A DNA stretch of 64,000 nucleotides from a virus (lineage: Duplodnaviria; Heunggongvirae; Uroviricota; Caudoviricetes), in the IMG/VR virus record IMGVR_UViG_3300012346_000137, positions 48,731 through 112,730 of that record. One strand, given 5' to 3'. How positions within the stretch are numbered: the first letter of the stretch is position 1; each line of letters starts with the position of its first letter. The notes below the pieces were generated by a model. It did not search any database. It worked only from the letters and a program-made list of their open reading frames with translations, and was not told the origin of the DNA. Positions 22,901-33,149 of the stretch are shown one piece after another. A program made the translations under genes and the position numbers.

Positions 22901-24036
22901 CCCTTACCAATAGATGCTTGACCTGAGCTTTGGAAATAATCTCCAAATGCAGCTTCTGGTATGTCTCCACCTTGTCTGTATTGCTCCAAAGGTTCATATC
23001 CAAGATCATCATATAAATAACCAGGAGCATATGTGTTTTGTATTTCACCACCAGCTCTCATTTGTAAGAAGTTTGTACCTGTACCTTTAGGAGCACCCAA
23101 TTCACCAGGTTGTACCAAGTCATCTTCTATTCTTCTAATGTTTTGTTTTTGTATTTCTACAGGATTATTTGTGTTAGCTTGCTTAACTAATCCACTAACT
23201 TGTGCTGATTGATCAGCCTTAGCAATCTGGTTCTTTTGCTCTTTCATTTGACCAATACCATTCAAGATGTCTGGAGCAGCATTTAATACACCAAGACCTG
23301 CAGCTTTACCTGCAGCACCTAATCCTGATTTAGTACCTAAAGATTTTAATCCTGGACCACCTTTTCCTAATAATCCATTAGGACCTACAGCATTCATGAT
23401 ACCTTTAGCTCCACCACCTTTCTTATTAAGAACGTTACCAAGCATATTTCCTATACCACCACTTTGTTCACCTAATCCTTTTAACGCACCAGCAATAGCA
23501 CCAAAGTCAGCTTTAGGAATTGTTACATATCCTCCATTTTTAAATCCTATTAAACTGCCAAATCTTGTGTCTACACCAGTTCCATATTCTCCAGCAGCAT
23601 TTGTTACTTCAGATGGAGCTTTTAAACCATCTCCATCATCACCTTCACCACCACCCATAGCTGCCCCTGCAATATCTCCAGCCATAGATATAAAGTTAGA
23701 TAAACCATCTGATTGCTTAGGAGCAGCCATTGGATCTGCAATTTTTCCTGACTTTCTACCTTCTAAGTAGTCTGCTTTACTCATGCCAAGATTTGTTGCT
23801 TGAGCACCAGATAACATATCATTAAAATTCAATGGTTTAAATGCTCCATTTTGTGCAACAGGAGGATTGCCAAAGTCAGTTAACTGCTCTAATTGTCTTT
23901 TAACCATAGCAGTTCCCATAGCAGCTTTTTTAAGCTTATTACCATGAGCTTTCATGAATGCTTCTTCTGTAGGATACTTCTTGTAGAATTCCTTCTCAGA
24001 CTTTACTTTAGCAATCTTTAGGATTTGATCTTTCAT
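19951..24036 (-). CDS. large virion protein (1361 aa) with glycine-zipper-like hydrophobic segments; tail/ejection-associated
   Basis: Long ORF. It has Gly-rich repeats (GGPLGGAIGGAIGGFVGHNVFGG; GAAMGGGEGDDGDG) and a Ser/Thr/Lys-rich segment. Its position between the tail genes and the giant cargo genes is consistent with a tail/ejection protein. Confidence 0.45.
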   Translation of the reverse strand: MKDQILKIAKVKSEKEFYKKYPTEEAFMKAHGNKLKKAAMGTAMVKRQLEQLTDFGNPPVAQNGAFKPLNFNDMLSGAQATNLGMSKADYLEGRKSGKIADPMAAPKQSDGLSNFISMAGDIAGAAMGGGEGDDGDGLKAPSEVTNAAGEYGTGVDTRFGSLIGFKNGGYVTIPKADFGAIAGALKGLGEQSGGIGNMLGNVLNKKGGGAKGIMNAVGPNGLLGKGGPGLKSLGTKSGLGAAGKAAGLGVLNAAPDILNGIGQMKEQKNQIAKADQSAQVSGLVKQANTNNPVEIQKQNIRRIEDDLVQPGELGAPKGTGTNFLQMRAGGEIQNTYAPGYLYDDLGYEPLEQYRQGGDIPEAAFGDYFQSSGQASIGKGVGSAIGNVFGGPLGGAIGGAIGGFVGHNVFGGKKDADKLAGLQAQTQKNTMETAGAQMLSGIRGNFGSFMEDGGYVSHNWQPQVITKFGDYSVKDLLKADATMNTLRSGGHLAQVGYTAPSAEAMFTGKAQYGKWMKRSNEPGVEVPTGPIDRTPQDTYIKSYSELNDRTTTNNNKQDYKQDLIRSIYSKNMTAGQPADETYMYGKGDGNKYSEFSRIAPEGGEAINTLKRTEERRPFLNLIGKKQIMDRYDKLDETKAQGYLQEMSKAIPGGLPNMEDGGYMAMGGNLQTHWGGRPELMSYNPYIPGGGETVMFRGQSHDETNGKGQSGIGITYGDSPVEVERGEPMTEMNDGGVVFGNMKIDQFAADQINDPKAKGKKYKNYVADLSKTEAKQNKILDKASKRAATANNNDILEMNSINADYIGATMNLKNIAKKKLDAAAVQNAILETAEERGLESDALSQGKIKQAKFGTNVKKAQNGKFAGGPLTAEQIAKAQGPGGTLYEGAKHYVTERGQLPLFARMLGAKPKPHYFNPELTNTLMNADDRSYSVDRPINPELSSQLMYGTRNFTNYNPDLTNSLMYGSPYIQPQSAAPSATVAVVNAKNPQAATTDNATGPVSVTTAKTSGSKGGSAKSKAKSSKSTEQPTSKNTYNLSTDPILTYVDQSSEGFYDPITHEYVTDMGYPSIEKDLNDRILNKKISPSDLSKVEAIGKSMVQPKKPEKTNWAEIGQAALSNLAPLLRPTDQEPLDPAQLYPEMLALATNQVDPVQAQKFQPLLQGAPSDISYQDQLNEITAQSRAAERMSQYNPEAAAAIFANVSQAKNKVLAEQFRANQLRKEEVYAQNRQRLDQAQMQNLQLLDQQYVRQQQAKSNTKAQALEAMKSIADKTAKNKLENRQLGVMENLYKYRFDNQGRAINFNDPYQFNNPTVGSTTPSGNLSSLSEYERAKALTNAYEAKIKNDTKAPKSKNGSIVKAIKNL

Positions 24037-24056
24037 ATTATACTCTATTGTATGAT

Positions 24057-25181
24057 TTATTTATATTTATTTAACCATCCACCTTTTTTCATCATTGGAT
24101 ATTCTGTAACCTTCTTACCTTTGAATTTATAGTCTTTACCAGGCTCCATCATTTTTGTATCACCTGTATCAGAAATGCCTAAGACAGGATAGTCTACTCC
24201 CTGCATTGTTATTTCATTAGAACCTATCTCTGTCACCTCACCTGGATGAGCCCATTGTCCTCTGTCATCTTTTATTGGCTCGCTGTAGTTATCTAACCAC
24301 TTACCATTCTTAGAAATATTCTTAGGTTTCCAGTCTAATCCTTCTTGGTAGAATTTTATCTCTTGACCATTCTGTGCACTAGCTAATGTCTTCTTAGCAT
24401 ACTTGCCATTGCTAGGAGCAGGACTATTTGTACGTGCGTACGTGAATCCTACAGATCCTGGAATAGAACCACCCATAGCCATATTACTACGATCTTGAAA
24501 TAATTGATCAGCAGTGTCATCTAACTCCTTCTTTAACTTAGGTTGAATCACTTTATGTGCTTCATACTCTGTTGTACCAGGAGTTACATAGTTCTTATCA
24601 TATCCCTTCTTGAAGTTAAGTCCTTTGGTATTCTTTATCATTTCACTAAAGTCCTTAACCATATGACCTAAGAATCTACCTGTCTTCTTCAGCTTTGATT
24701 CTTCTGGGTTTTGATTATATTGTTGGTAGTGACTATATTCTTCTAAGTACTGATCCATTAGCCTATCAGGAGTAGACTTGATTTGTCCAACTTCAGGATT
24801 AGCTTCTGCAACTAAATTAAGTCTCCCACTAAATGGATTTATCATTGAGCGTTTACCCATGATTGTATGTTCCTTTACACCAACTGGAGCATATCCATAT
24901 TTTTCATTAAGTTTATTGAAAGCAGCATACTTTGCTTTTTCTTCCATACTTCTCTCAGGAGCAGAATAGTAGTCCTTCATCATACCATAGAACTTCTGAC
25001 TCTTCTTATCATTAGGAATATTTCCACCTTCTTGAAACTGTCCTCCCCATGCTGGAGAGTAGTTTCTACCTTTGGTGTTATATCCAAGACCTACAAAATC
25101 AGGACCCATTGATGCAGAAGCATCATTGTAGTTCTCCTGAATAGGACCACCATCATTATATTTATCTAACCACTTTGCCAT
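24057..25181 (-). CDS. structural protein, unknown function (374 aa)
   Basis: ORF in the structural operon, tightly packed (stop/start overlap with the 289-aa gene). Confidence 0.45.
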   Translation of the reverse strand: MAKWLDKYNDGGPIQENYNDASASMGPDFVGLGYNTKGRNYSPAWGGQFQEGGNIPNDKKSQKFYGMMKDYYSAPERSMEEKAKYAAFNKLNEKYGYAPVGVKEHTIMGKRSMINPFSGRLNLVAEANPEVGQIKSTPDRLMDQYLEEYSHYQQYNQNPEESKLKKTGRFLGHMVKDFSEMIKNTKGLNFKKGYDKNYVTPGTTEYEAHKVIQPKLKKELDDTADQLFQDRSNMAMGGSIPGSVGFTYARTNSPAPSNGKYAKKTLASAQNGQEIKFYQEGLDWKPKNISKNGKWLDNYSEPIKDDRGQWAHPGEVTEIGSNEITMQGVDYPVLGISDTGDTKMMEPGKDYKFKGKKVTEYPMMKKGGWLNKYK

Positions 25182-26050
25182 TATTTGTAAGAGATTTGAT
25201 TAGGTGCAATAATAAATTGACTAACTAAATGGAAATCTGATGCATTATCAAGGATGTGTCTAACCCTTAAGTCCTTAGCTCTTAGTGGTTCTTTCTTAAA
25301 TGAACGTTTGCCATAATCCATATTGTCTTGATTTACAACCTTATCTATCGATAATGACTCACAGGTTGTACTAAACAAAGGTACGTATTTATTCTTTACC
25401 AAACTCCAAAATGTATTATATTGGTAAAAATTATCTGACTTAGTATAAGTGATAGTTTTACTTGTTAGGTTATATATTGGGTAGGTCATATATTGACTTA
25501 GGTTGTTCTTAGGCTTAGGAACAAGCTCAAGGATACCTGTGCTCTGTTGACCATTATATAATACAGCTTTATTGAAATAATCATTATCTGTTTCAACTCT
25601 AGCGTTGTCATTAAACACACCATCTGGAATAGGTAAATATCTATATGCCTTAGTGTAATCCTTTACATTCTGAAGAATCTCATCATATGATTGGAAAGAG
25701 AATGGGTATTCAATGATGTAAGGAGCAGTGTATCCATAGAACTTATTATATTCTACCACATTAACTAAGTGTTTCCAGACAGAACCTGTATTGTAAACCT
25801 TAGCAATTATAGTCTCAATCTTATCTATATATTCTTCTGTAATAGGAACAACATCATTTATAACACATGTCCCTTGAGATATAATTAAAATAGACGTAAC
25901 AGTATCACCAACAACATACTCCTTACCATCAATAAGGGTTTGTTTAGATACAGATGCATCTAACACATTGCCAAGGTTGTCCTTCACTTCGAAAGGACCT
26001 GTAACCTTGTTTCCAATTTTTGTTAATTTTACTATTATTGTTTTAGACAT
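25181..26050 (-). CDS. structural protein, unknown function (289 aa)
   Basis: ORF packed between the fibre gene and the 374-aa gene. Confidence 0.45.
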   Translation of the reverse strand: MSKTIIVKLTKIGNKVTGPFEVKDNLGNVLDASVSKQTLIDGKEYVVGDTVTSILIISQGTCVINDVVPITEEYIDKIETIIAKVYNTGSVWKHLVNVVEYNKFYGYTAPYIIEYPFSFQSYDEILQNVKDYTKAYRYLPIPDGVFNDNARVETDNDYFNKAVLYNGQQSTGILELVPKPKNNLSQYMTYPIYNLTSKTITYTKSDNFYQYNTFWSLVKNKYVPLFSTTCESLSIDKVVNQDNMDYGKRSFKKEPLRAKDLRVRHILDNASDFHLVSQFIIAPNQISYK

Positions 26051-26063
26051 TTTCTATTTTATT

Positions 26064-29000
26064 TTAACACAAAGGTAAACCTATGTTCCACCAACTTTGA
26101 TGAGATATAGAATTAGAAGAACTTGTAGCAATTATAGTACCACCACTATCTCTTAATTCTAATGTAAACCAAACTGCAGATCCTGTACCACTTGGTTCAA
26201 AATATCTTAACACTCCTGAAGCAGGATTGCTATCAGTAATTGATACGCTTGCAGGAGAAGATGGTGGATCAGTTGTAACAGTTATGTAAGATCCTACTGG
26301 AGCATTTAATGTATCAATGTGAAATTTAACTGCACAAGCTGCATTGTCGTTACAATTATTTTCTCTACAGAATGGAATTCCTAATTGTATTTGAGGAGGA
26401 GGTACTGTAGTTGTACTAGTTGTTGTAGAAGTCGTACTTGTAGAAGTTGTACTTGTACTAGTGGATGTACTAGTAGTAGATGTTGTAGATGTAGTTGTAG
26501 CAAGTGGTATCATAGCACGAGCTTCAAGATCACAACTCTCGTTCAATCCACTATAGAAGAAGTTATTCTCACCTATGTAGAAGTTAGGAATATAAGTATG
26601 GAAACTAGTCCAGGTCTTTGTGTTGAAGTTGAACGATATAGTCCATGACTTATTACAGAAATAGTTAGTATCTGATAAAGGAATATACTGCTTGTATGTA
26701 TTTGAACCAACTACATAATCTATATAGAATCTGTCTGTTGCATCTTCGTAAAACACATTGTCTACTCCTGGCTGTAGAATATAGTCACGTTTTGTGATGA
26801 TCACTCTATCAAACTTGCTGTCATATACACCATGTAAACCAATGCTATTAAAGTGATTGTCCACCTTCACTCTAGGGAAATAACGTAATATTTCAAATGC
26901 TAAGTGGTCTGTAAAGAATCTATTCATACCAGAACCAAATGCAGAAAGATCTGTAGCCTGCGTACCATTAATCAAGAACACCTGACCTCTCTTAGCATCC
27001 ACTGTTATTTGTCCTTGAGGGATCTTAAGCAACATCTTGTTCTGAGAACCTACATAACCTAAATCTGTTTCAGCAAAATCAATTGGAGGTGCACTAAACA
27101 TATTAGGGTTACCAACATAAGCAGCCTGAGGGTTACTTGTATTGATAGTTAATAAGTTGTTGTACATCAATGTTTTATTCTCAAATCTAGCTAGAATAGC
27201 TCTGTTTTGAATACCATCTAATGATATCAAATCCCCATAGTTCTGAGGGAAATCAAATTTAGATAGAGGTCTGTATATCAACCAGTTATTTACGTTAGCA
27301 TTAGGATCTGAATTCTGTGTATCAGAATAGATTGTTCTGAATGGAAAGTTTGTAGCACATTCATCATTGGTCCAATCTATAGGCAAATGAGCAAAGTAGT
27401 TTTCTTTGTTTTGCTTAGAATAAGTTACATTATAATAGTAAGTGTTATCCTGTGCTATAGGCACAACAGACTCTTGTAGCCATGTATCAGGAATACCTGA
27501 GCTCACGTGTGGGTAGAAATCACCCTCTTGATTATTAAACGCTTGACGTAAGTCTACGTTAATAGAACTCTCTACATAGAAGAAAGGAATACCATATGCA
27601 AACAAGTACATCTTACCTTGATATGTAGCAGAATTATTCACTGCACCAACAGTGCTAGTTACTCCTGCTGGTGTAACTGTAGTTGTGGTAGTTGTTGTAA
27701 TAATTGGTTTATCTACAGTACAATCAAAAGAATGTGCTTTGTAAGAAATAGCATTTGTTAAAGTTGTTCCTGCAAAGTTATAGTTATTCAATATAGATCT
27801 AGCTGAATACCAGTATTTTGGGTAAGCCACATTACCTAATTCATCATAGAATATATCACTATCATCTTGAGCATTCACTCTATTATCAATAAAGAATGGA
27901 AGTTTAGTCTTATAAGCAAACTTACCAATGAATGTATCTCCACCAAACACAGTTCCTGTCAATGCAGAACTAGTATCAAATATAACTTGGAATCCTGTAT
28001 CTATTGTGTCATAAGAATACATCTGACCCCATTGACTAACAAATATATTTTTCAAAGATGCATAGTAAGAAACAACTGTAGAGTCATGTTGTTGTTCTGG
28101 GCTACCACACGTACCAATCTCACCAATTGTAAACCTAGATCTGTCTTCAATAGCCAAACCAATATTTGGAGTGTATGGAGCAAGAGGTAATGGAACATCT
28201 CCTGCAGTTTTTACATATACAGAAGATTCTCTATTCCAGTTGTTTACATTATTATCATCTCCTACAGATTGTACACCTGGGATTAGATACTGGTATACAT
28301 CAAGCTCTCTTTGCTTAATACCTAGTCTACCAAATGGATCAGCAGTATCATTAGGAACAGCTACACTATAATCATAACTACCTATGGAGTTGAATGAATA
28401 TGCATAGTTTTGTCTAGTGATACCAGCGATGTAGATTTGTAAATATGCTTGATATGCTGTAAACATAGCAGTCATATCTATTGGACTAGTAAGTTTAGCA
28501 ATATTATAACTTGAGTCTAAGGCTTGCTGTTGAGCCTCTAACGTAAGGAGTTTGTATTTAGCATGTTTCTCCACTTCTACAAAGTGCCCTTTACTTCTAC
28601 CAAACATAGCACTCTCCATCTTCAATATGTTACCTAAATAAGGTTGTCCAAAAGAAGTTTCTGGTGAGTTAAACACCATTCTATATTTAGAAGCATCTGT
28701 ACTAAACGCATCAAGTTTTTCAGGGTATGCTTCTTCATTTTCAAAAGTTGCACTTGCTGTAACTGTATACAATCTAGATTCACTTAAAAACTTAGGAACA
28801 GTACTAGAGTTCACCTTATATGGTGATTGATAATAGTATACAGATATTTCAAATGTTGCACCATTAGAATCTGTACATTCGAACCTAGAATAGTTTCTTG
28901 CTGGGAAAAGTCCTGTTTGTCTTCTTACATTGATTGTATATGATGTAAGAGTGACATTAGTGATTACAACACCAGGAGATGTTGCTGATGTAGGGAAAGT

Positions 29001-31013
29001 TAATGAGTATAATCTATCGTTTGGTGCCACAGGAGGAACTGCAAAATACTTAGATGTATATTGTCCTGTATAAACATCTGTGTATTGTATAGTTACATCT
29101 GGTACAGTTATTGTAAGTTTATACGTAAGTGCTTGAGAGTTATACGCATTGTTTTGTTGTAATAAGAATGGATCTTGACGTAGATCGTTAAATGGATAGT
29201 TAGGAAAATAATAGTTAGTAGGATTTGCATTATTTTCTCTAGAATAAAGTCCTACGTTTCTAATCATACCTTTAGCAACAATAGATTTATTATTAGATCT
29301 ATCTCCTCTTACAATCTTGAATCCTACAATATCAGCTTTTTGATCATTTGTAAGATAACCAGAGTTAGCAATTAAATATTCAATTTGTTGAATATTAACT
29401 TTTACACCAATTGGGTATATTGCTCTGTTTTGAATTTGAGGATTAGCAAAGTCTAATGAAGGAGTTTCAAATATAGGACTTATAGCTACATCAGGAAACT
29501 TATGATGTCTGATAGGTAATCCAGCTAATCCCCAAGGAGTGGTTGGATCGTTAGGATCTCCCCATACATTTATGTTACAAGGATATGTTTCTTCAGATTC
29601 CCAAAATGAAAATGTACCAAATTCATATGGTCCTTCATAATCTGCAGCTGTAGAATAACCTGGAGAGTTTCCTAATACAGTCGCTGTATTGTATATTTTC
29701 CAATATTCAGCAGATGTACCAGATCCAATATAATCATTGTTATCATCCTTATTAACCATAACTAAATCACTAAGAACTGCTGCTCTACCAGGGATATGGA
29801 ACCCATCTGTTTGTTTACCATTCTTAAGCAAGAATACTATCTCAAAAGCATAAACCTCATCTCTTAAATACCCTCTGTATTTAGTAGCTAAGATTTCATC
29901 TGAGTAGTTTTTGGTTGGGGGAATTCTATAAGTTTCCCATTGAAGAGTAATTTGATTAGCTATATTTTGATAACTCATCTTATCGTATGTAGTTAATCCT
30001 GTCCACACAAGAACATCTTGTACAGCAGCTACATCTTGAGCAACATCATAGTAAGGGAACTTCTCAAATATATCACTCATTGACAATCTAATGTCTGTAC
30101 TACTTTGACCTGTATAAGATATTGTATTTTTAACATCATCAATAAAATATGTACCAACAAGCTCTACAGAAGTAATAGCGTTGATGGTTTTAATTACAGC
30201 AACGTTATAATACTTAAAATAACCAGTTACATCTAAGTTAGTTATCTTTAAACTAATAGATCTACCTACAACATAATCAAAACTTAACGTTGTAATATCA
30301 GGATTAGCAATAGGAAGAGGGTTTGTAACAGAGTAGTATGATGTATAACCAATACCACTAGCATTACAATACTGAATAGCAAATTGATAAGTACCAGCTT
30401 TTAATTCACCACCAGTCAATACTTCTGTAACATCTAATTCAGGGATTTCAAAGTTAGGTTGTATCTTAAGTTTGTTACAATCTAATACACCTATTTCTGG
30501 AACAATCTCACAGATATTTCCTTCAATTGTTGTAACCCAAGGGATGTTATCTATGTTTAAATATCTTCTATCATTAAAACCATCAGTCCAATAGATCTCA
30601 GTCTCAGTTGAACAATCTGTAATTTTATGTACCACCTTATGAATAGGATGGTCAATTCTAAAGTTAAGACAATCTGCGTTAACTAAAGTTTGATAGAAAC
30701 ATTCGTTAATGTTTAAGAAACCTATTTCAGATTTACCATCTGCTTCATTAGCTAAGAAGAATATATGTTTATTTCTTTCAGGAATGAAGTATTTACCAAT
30801 CAATACATAACCTTCAGGAAAGTTTAGACAAAACTCATTTGCTGGCTCATTCTGATATGATACAGAGTTTGAGTCAAAGTTCTCTACAGTTGCGTTTAGA
30901 GCATAACTAAGTTGACCCTTCTCAATCTGATTGATAGATGAGTCCATGTTCATTCCAGTTCTACCTAGATTAAACTCTTGCCTAATGTTACCTTGTTCTT
31001 GTGGTTCTGCCAT
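26064..31013 (-). CDS. tail fibre / receptor-binding protein (1649 aa) with Ser/Thr-rich linkers
   Basis: Long ORF. It contains poly-Thr and a TTTSTTSTTSTSTSTSTTSTSTTSTTTSTTT linker (nt ~26405-26515) before a Cys-containing C-terminal ~110-aa domain. Size and composition are typical of phage fibres. Confidence 0.45.
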   Translation of the reverse strand: MAEPQEQGNIRQEFNLGRTGMNMDSSINQIEKGQLSYALNATVENFDSNSVSYQNEPANEFCLNFPEGYVLIGKYFIPERNKHIFFLANEADGKSEIGFLNINECFYQTLVNADCLNFRIDHPIHKVVHKITDCSTETEIYWTDGFNDRRYLNIDNIPWVTTIEGNICEIVPEIGVLDCNKLKIQPNFEIPELDVTEVLTGGELKAGTYQFAIQYCNASGIGYTSYYSVTNPLPIANPDITTLSFDYVVGRSISLKITNLDVTGYFKYYNVAVIKTINAITSVELVGTYFIDDVKNTISYTGQSSTDIRLSMSDIFEKFPYYDVAQDVAAVQDVLVWTGLTTYDKMSYQNIANQITLQWETYRIPPTKNYSDEILATKYRGYLRDEVYAFEIVFLLKNGKQTDGFHIPGRAAVLSDLVMVNKDDNNDYIGSGTSAEYWKIYNTATVLGNSPGYSTAADYEGPYEFGTFSFWESEETYPCNINVWGDPNDPTTPWGLAGLPIRHHKFPDVAISPIFETPSLDFANPQIQNRAIYPIGVKVNIQQIEYLIANSGYLTNDQKADIVGFKIVRGDRSNNKSIVAKGMIRNVGLYSRENNANPTNYYFPNYPFNDLRQDPFLLQQNNAYNSQALTYKLTITVPDVTIQYTDVYTGQYTSKYFAVPPVAPNDRLYSLTFPTSATSPGVVITNVTLTSYTINVRRQTGLFPARNYSRFECTDSNGATFEISVYYYQSPYKVNSSTVPKFLSESRLYTVTASATFENEEAYPEKLDAFSTDASKYRMVFNSPETSFGQPYLGNILKMESAMFGRSKGHFVEVEKHAKYKLLTLEAQQQALDSSYNIAKLTSPIDMTAMFTAYQAYLQIYIAGITRQNYAYSFNSIGSYDYSVAVPNDTADPFGRLGIKQRELDVYQYLIPGVQSVGDDNNVNNWNRESSVYVKTAGDVPLPLAPYTPNIGLAIEDRSRFTIGEIGTCGSPEQQHDSTVVSYYASLKNIFVSQWGQMYSYDTIDTGFQVIFDTSSALTGTVFGGDTFIGKFAYKTKLPFFIDNRVNAQDDSDIFYDELGNVAYPKYWYSARSILNNYNFAGTTLTNAISYKAHSFDCTVDKPIITTTTTTTVTPAGVTSTVGAVNNSATYQGKMYLFAYGIPFFYVESSINVDLRQAFNNQEGDFYPHVSSGIPDTWLQESVVPIAQDNTYYYNVTYSKQNKENYFAHLPIDWTNDECATNFPFRTIYSDTQNSDPNANVNNWLIYRPLSKFDFPQNYGDLISLDGIQNRAILARFENKTLMYNNLLTINTSNPQAAYVGNPNMFSAPPIDFAETDLGYVGSQNKMLLKIPQGQITVDAKRGQVFLINGTQATDLSAFGSGMNRFFTDHLAFEILRYFPRVKVDNHFNSIGLHGVYDSKFDRVIITKRDYILQPGVDNVFYEDATDRFYIDYVVGSNTYKQYIPLSDTNYFCNKSWTISFNFNTKTWTSFHTYIPNFYIGENNFFYSGLNESCDLEARAMIPLATTTSTTSTTSTSTSTSTTSTSTTSTTTSTTTVPPPQIQLGIPFCRENNCNDNAACAVKFHIDTLNAPVGSYITVTTDPPSSPASVSITDSNPASGVLRYFEPSGTGSAVWFTLELRDSGGTIIATSSSNSISHQSWWNIGLPLC

Positions 31014-31018
31014 AGTTA

Positions 31019-31945
31019 TTAGTTATTACGTCTCCAGCCATATCTGTTTCCCCTGTTAGGTAATTCATACATGTTGAATCTGTTCAAGTCGTTTTTTATT
31101 CTACGTTGTTTTTCCCAAGCTGTTTGTTTCTTAATCTCAATGTCAGCCATGATAAATGCCTCATCTGCTAACTGTTTGTAATATACAAGCTTTTGTTGTA
31201 TTTGATTAAATGTTTCATCAGTTAACTGATTAGACAACATTTCAAACACTTTATACTTAATGAATGCTTCTACATATTCTCTAATACGATAGTTATCAGG
31301 AATCATTTGATTACCTACGTTATCGTATTCTGTAGCATAGAATATTAAGTGTACTGTACCATGTCTAAAGTTTGTAACAAACTTGTTATCTCTAATGTCA
31401 AAACTATCTGCTGATGAAGCACCAAAGTTTGCACATTGTAAATCACAATGAGCTTTAACTGAAATGTTTCCTGGCTTCAATAAGTATTCTCTTTTAAACT
31501 CCTGTACCACAGAATTGTTTGTTTTGTATACAGCTTGAATATATGTAGGCATACATTCACCACCACAGTTATCTGTAGTACAAGTTGGATTAGTACAAGT
31601 TTGGTTAGTCACTACAGGAGTGATCTGAATAGTTGCTGTAGAAGCAGCTTGTGCATAGAATGAATTTGCTGATTGATAAGGAAATCCATTTACACTTGTA
31701 CATAACCATGCCTCTCTTACAGCAAAGAAGTTATCTGGAAGTCTAGCTTCAAAGTCTTCTATGTATAAGATAGTTTCTGTAATAGCATAAGTAGTTCTAC
31801 CTAACTTATTCAAACACTTGTTTAAATAGGTAGGGAACAACATATCATCTACAGCACCTGTATCAAAGTAGCTTTTAAGCTCCTCTTTTACAGTAGAGTA
31901 GACAGGCTCAGGAGAGACAAAGTTGTATTTGTAATAGTATGACAT
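31019..31945 (-). CDS. structural protein, Cys-rich (308 aa)
   Basis: ORF containing CTNPTCTTDNCGGECMP. Sits in the tail module. Confidence 0.4.
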   Translation of the reverse strand: MSYYYKYNFVSPEPVYSTVKEELKSYFDTGAVDDMLFPTYLNKCLNKLGRTTYAITETILYIEDFEARLPDNFFAVREAWLCTSVNGFPYQSANSFYAQAASTATIQITPVVTNQTCTNPTCTTDNCGGECMPTYIQAVYKTNNSVVQEFKREYLLKPGNISVKAHCDLQCANFGASSADSFDIRDNKFVTNFRHGTVHLIFYATEYDNVGNQMIPDNYRIREYVEAFIKYKVFEMLSNQLTDETFNQIQQKLVYYKQLADEAFIMADIEIKKQTAWEKQRRIKNDLNRFNMYELPNRGNRYGWRRNN

Positions 31946-31950
31946 CTAGT

Positions 31951-32427
31951 TTATTTTTTCCATTCACGATAAATATGTTGATATTTGTCGTTGGTTTTAA
32001 TGTAGTGTGACAACAACCTTGAGGTTGTACGAGTGGGTTTGAAATACCAAAGATCTGCATTCTTAAATCTAGCAGTATCTTTAAACCACATCCAGCCAAA
32101 GAAATAGCCTTCTGTGTGATAATTAAAGTTGTATATAATTTTACCCTTTTCTTTTGTTCTTTGCCAGTCAATTGGTAAGTTAACATATTCCTTACCATCT
32201 ACCCCTTTCATCTTCCTTCTCTTCTTTTTGTTGATAGAGAATTCTCCAAACCCAAAAGGTAGTTTAGCTTTTTCTCCACTCTCTAATATATAATCTTTAA
32301 AAGCTTCATTATAAGAGTAGACGATGTTTCTCCACTGATCAAACGTTAGTTTTAATGTGGGATGTTTCTTGCAAAAATTATTGTAGTTTTCTCTGCTGGA
32401 ACTTCTCCAGTCTACTTTTGTACGCAT
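31951..32427 (-). CDS. hypothetical protein (158 aa), basic/aromatic-rich
   Basis: ORF in the operon. The overlapping 31908..32198 ORF was rejected. Confidence 0.4.
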   Translation of the reverse strand: MRTKVDWRSSSRENYNNFCKKHPTLKLTFDQWRNIVYSYNEAFKDYILESGEKAKLPFGFGEFSINKKKRRKMKGVDGKEYVNLPIDWQRTKEKGKIIYNFNYHTEGYFFGWMWFKDTARFKNADLWYFKPTRTTSRLLSHYIKTNDKYQHIYREWKK

Positions 32428-33149
32428 TAACTATTGTTTGAGGTGTTAGGAGCTTGTCCATCAACACCATTATCTGTAATGTCTGTTTTTATGTTAAAGT
32501 AGGTTTGTAATAGCTTTTTAGAAACAAGTTCTAACACTTGCTTCTCTAGGTAACCAGGTAATCCATATTCTTTGTCTAATGGGTTCTTGCAATAGTCTTC
32601 ATTAGAAGGAGGTGTAGCAACACATCCATACATAATGTTATTAGGAACATCTTCTTCAAAGAAAGCAGATATTCTAACATTCTTTAGCATAGGATCGCTG
32701 ATATATAAATATCCACCATTAGCTATCCAATAGTAAGATTCGTTTTTGATAATAGGAAGTTTCAATAAGTTTACATATCTATTGATGGTAATCTCTTTAA
32801 ACTTCTTACCAATACCACTCATAGCATTTATAGAATAAACACCTTGGATAAGGTATTGATAGTTTCCCTCAGATATACGAGGAAGTTTGTACTTACTTCT
32901 AGCTACAGTACAAGGGTCAACAAAATCACAACACTCAGAAATAGGAACTTCCTGCATTTCTAAACATGGGATTGTTGTAAACAAAGTATCAGTAGCCCAA
33001 AGCTTTCTGAGATTTGTCTCACGTTTAACTAATAAAATTGTGTTGTTTTTAATTTCAGATGCAATAGCTCTATCTGTTATCAAACTATCTGTTGATAACA
33101 ACTTGTGCATAGAACGTACATCTGAAACTAACTTACGTAATGTTGACAT
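32427..33149 (-). CDS. hypothetical structural-module protein (240 aa)
   Basis: ORF with overlapping start/stop (ATGA) junctions to its neighbours. Confidence 0.4.
   Translation of the reverse strand: MSTLRKLVSDVRSMHKLLSTDSLITDRAIASEIKNNTILLVKRETNLRKLWATDTLFTTIPCLEMQEVPISECCDFVDPCTVARSKYKLPRISEGNYQYLIQGVYSINAMSGIGKKFKEITINRYVNLLKLPIIKNESYYWIANGGYLYISDPMLKNVRISAFFEEDVPNNIMYGCVATPPSNEDYCKNPLDKEYGLPGYLEKQVLELVSKKLLQTYFNIKTDITDNGVDGQAPNTSNNS

Noticed and set aside
23267-23770. 167-aa Pro-rich plus-strand ORF
   Set aside because: Lies antisense to the 1361-aa structural gene. The Pro/Ala richness is the mirror of Gly-rich codons on the coding strand. Such antisense ORFs are expected by chance.
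31908-32198. 96-aa minus-strand ORF overlapping the 158-aa and 308-aa genes
   Set aside because: Out of frame with two tightly packed genes and lacks a plausible start context.
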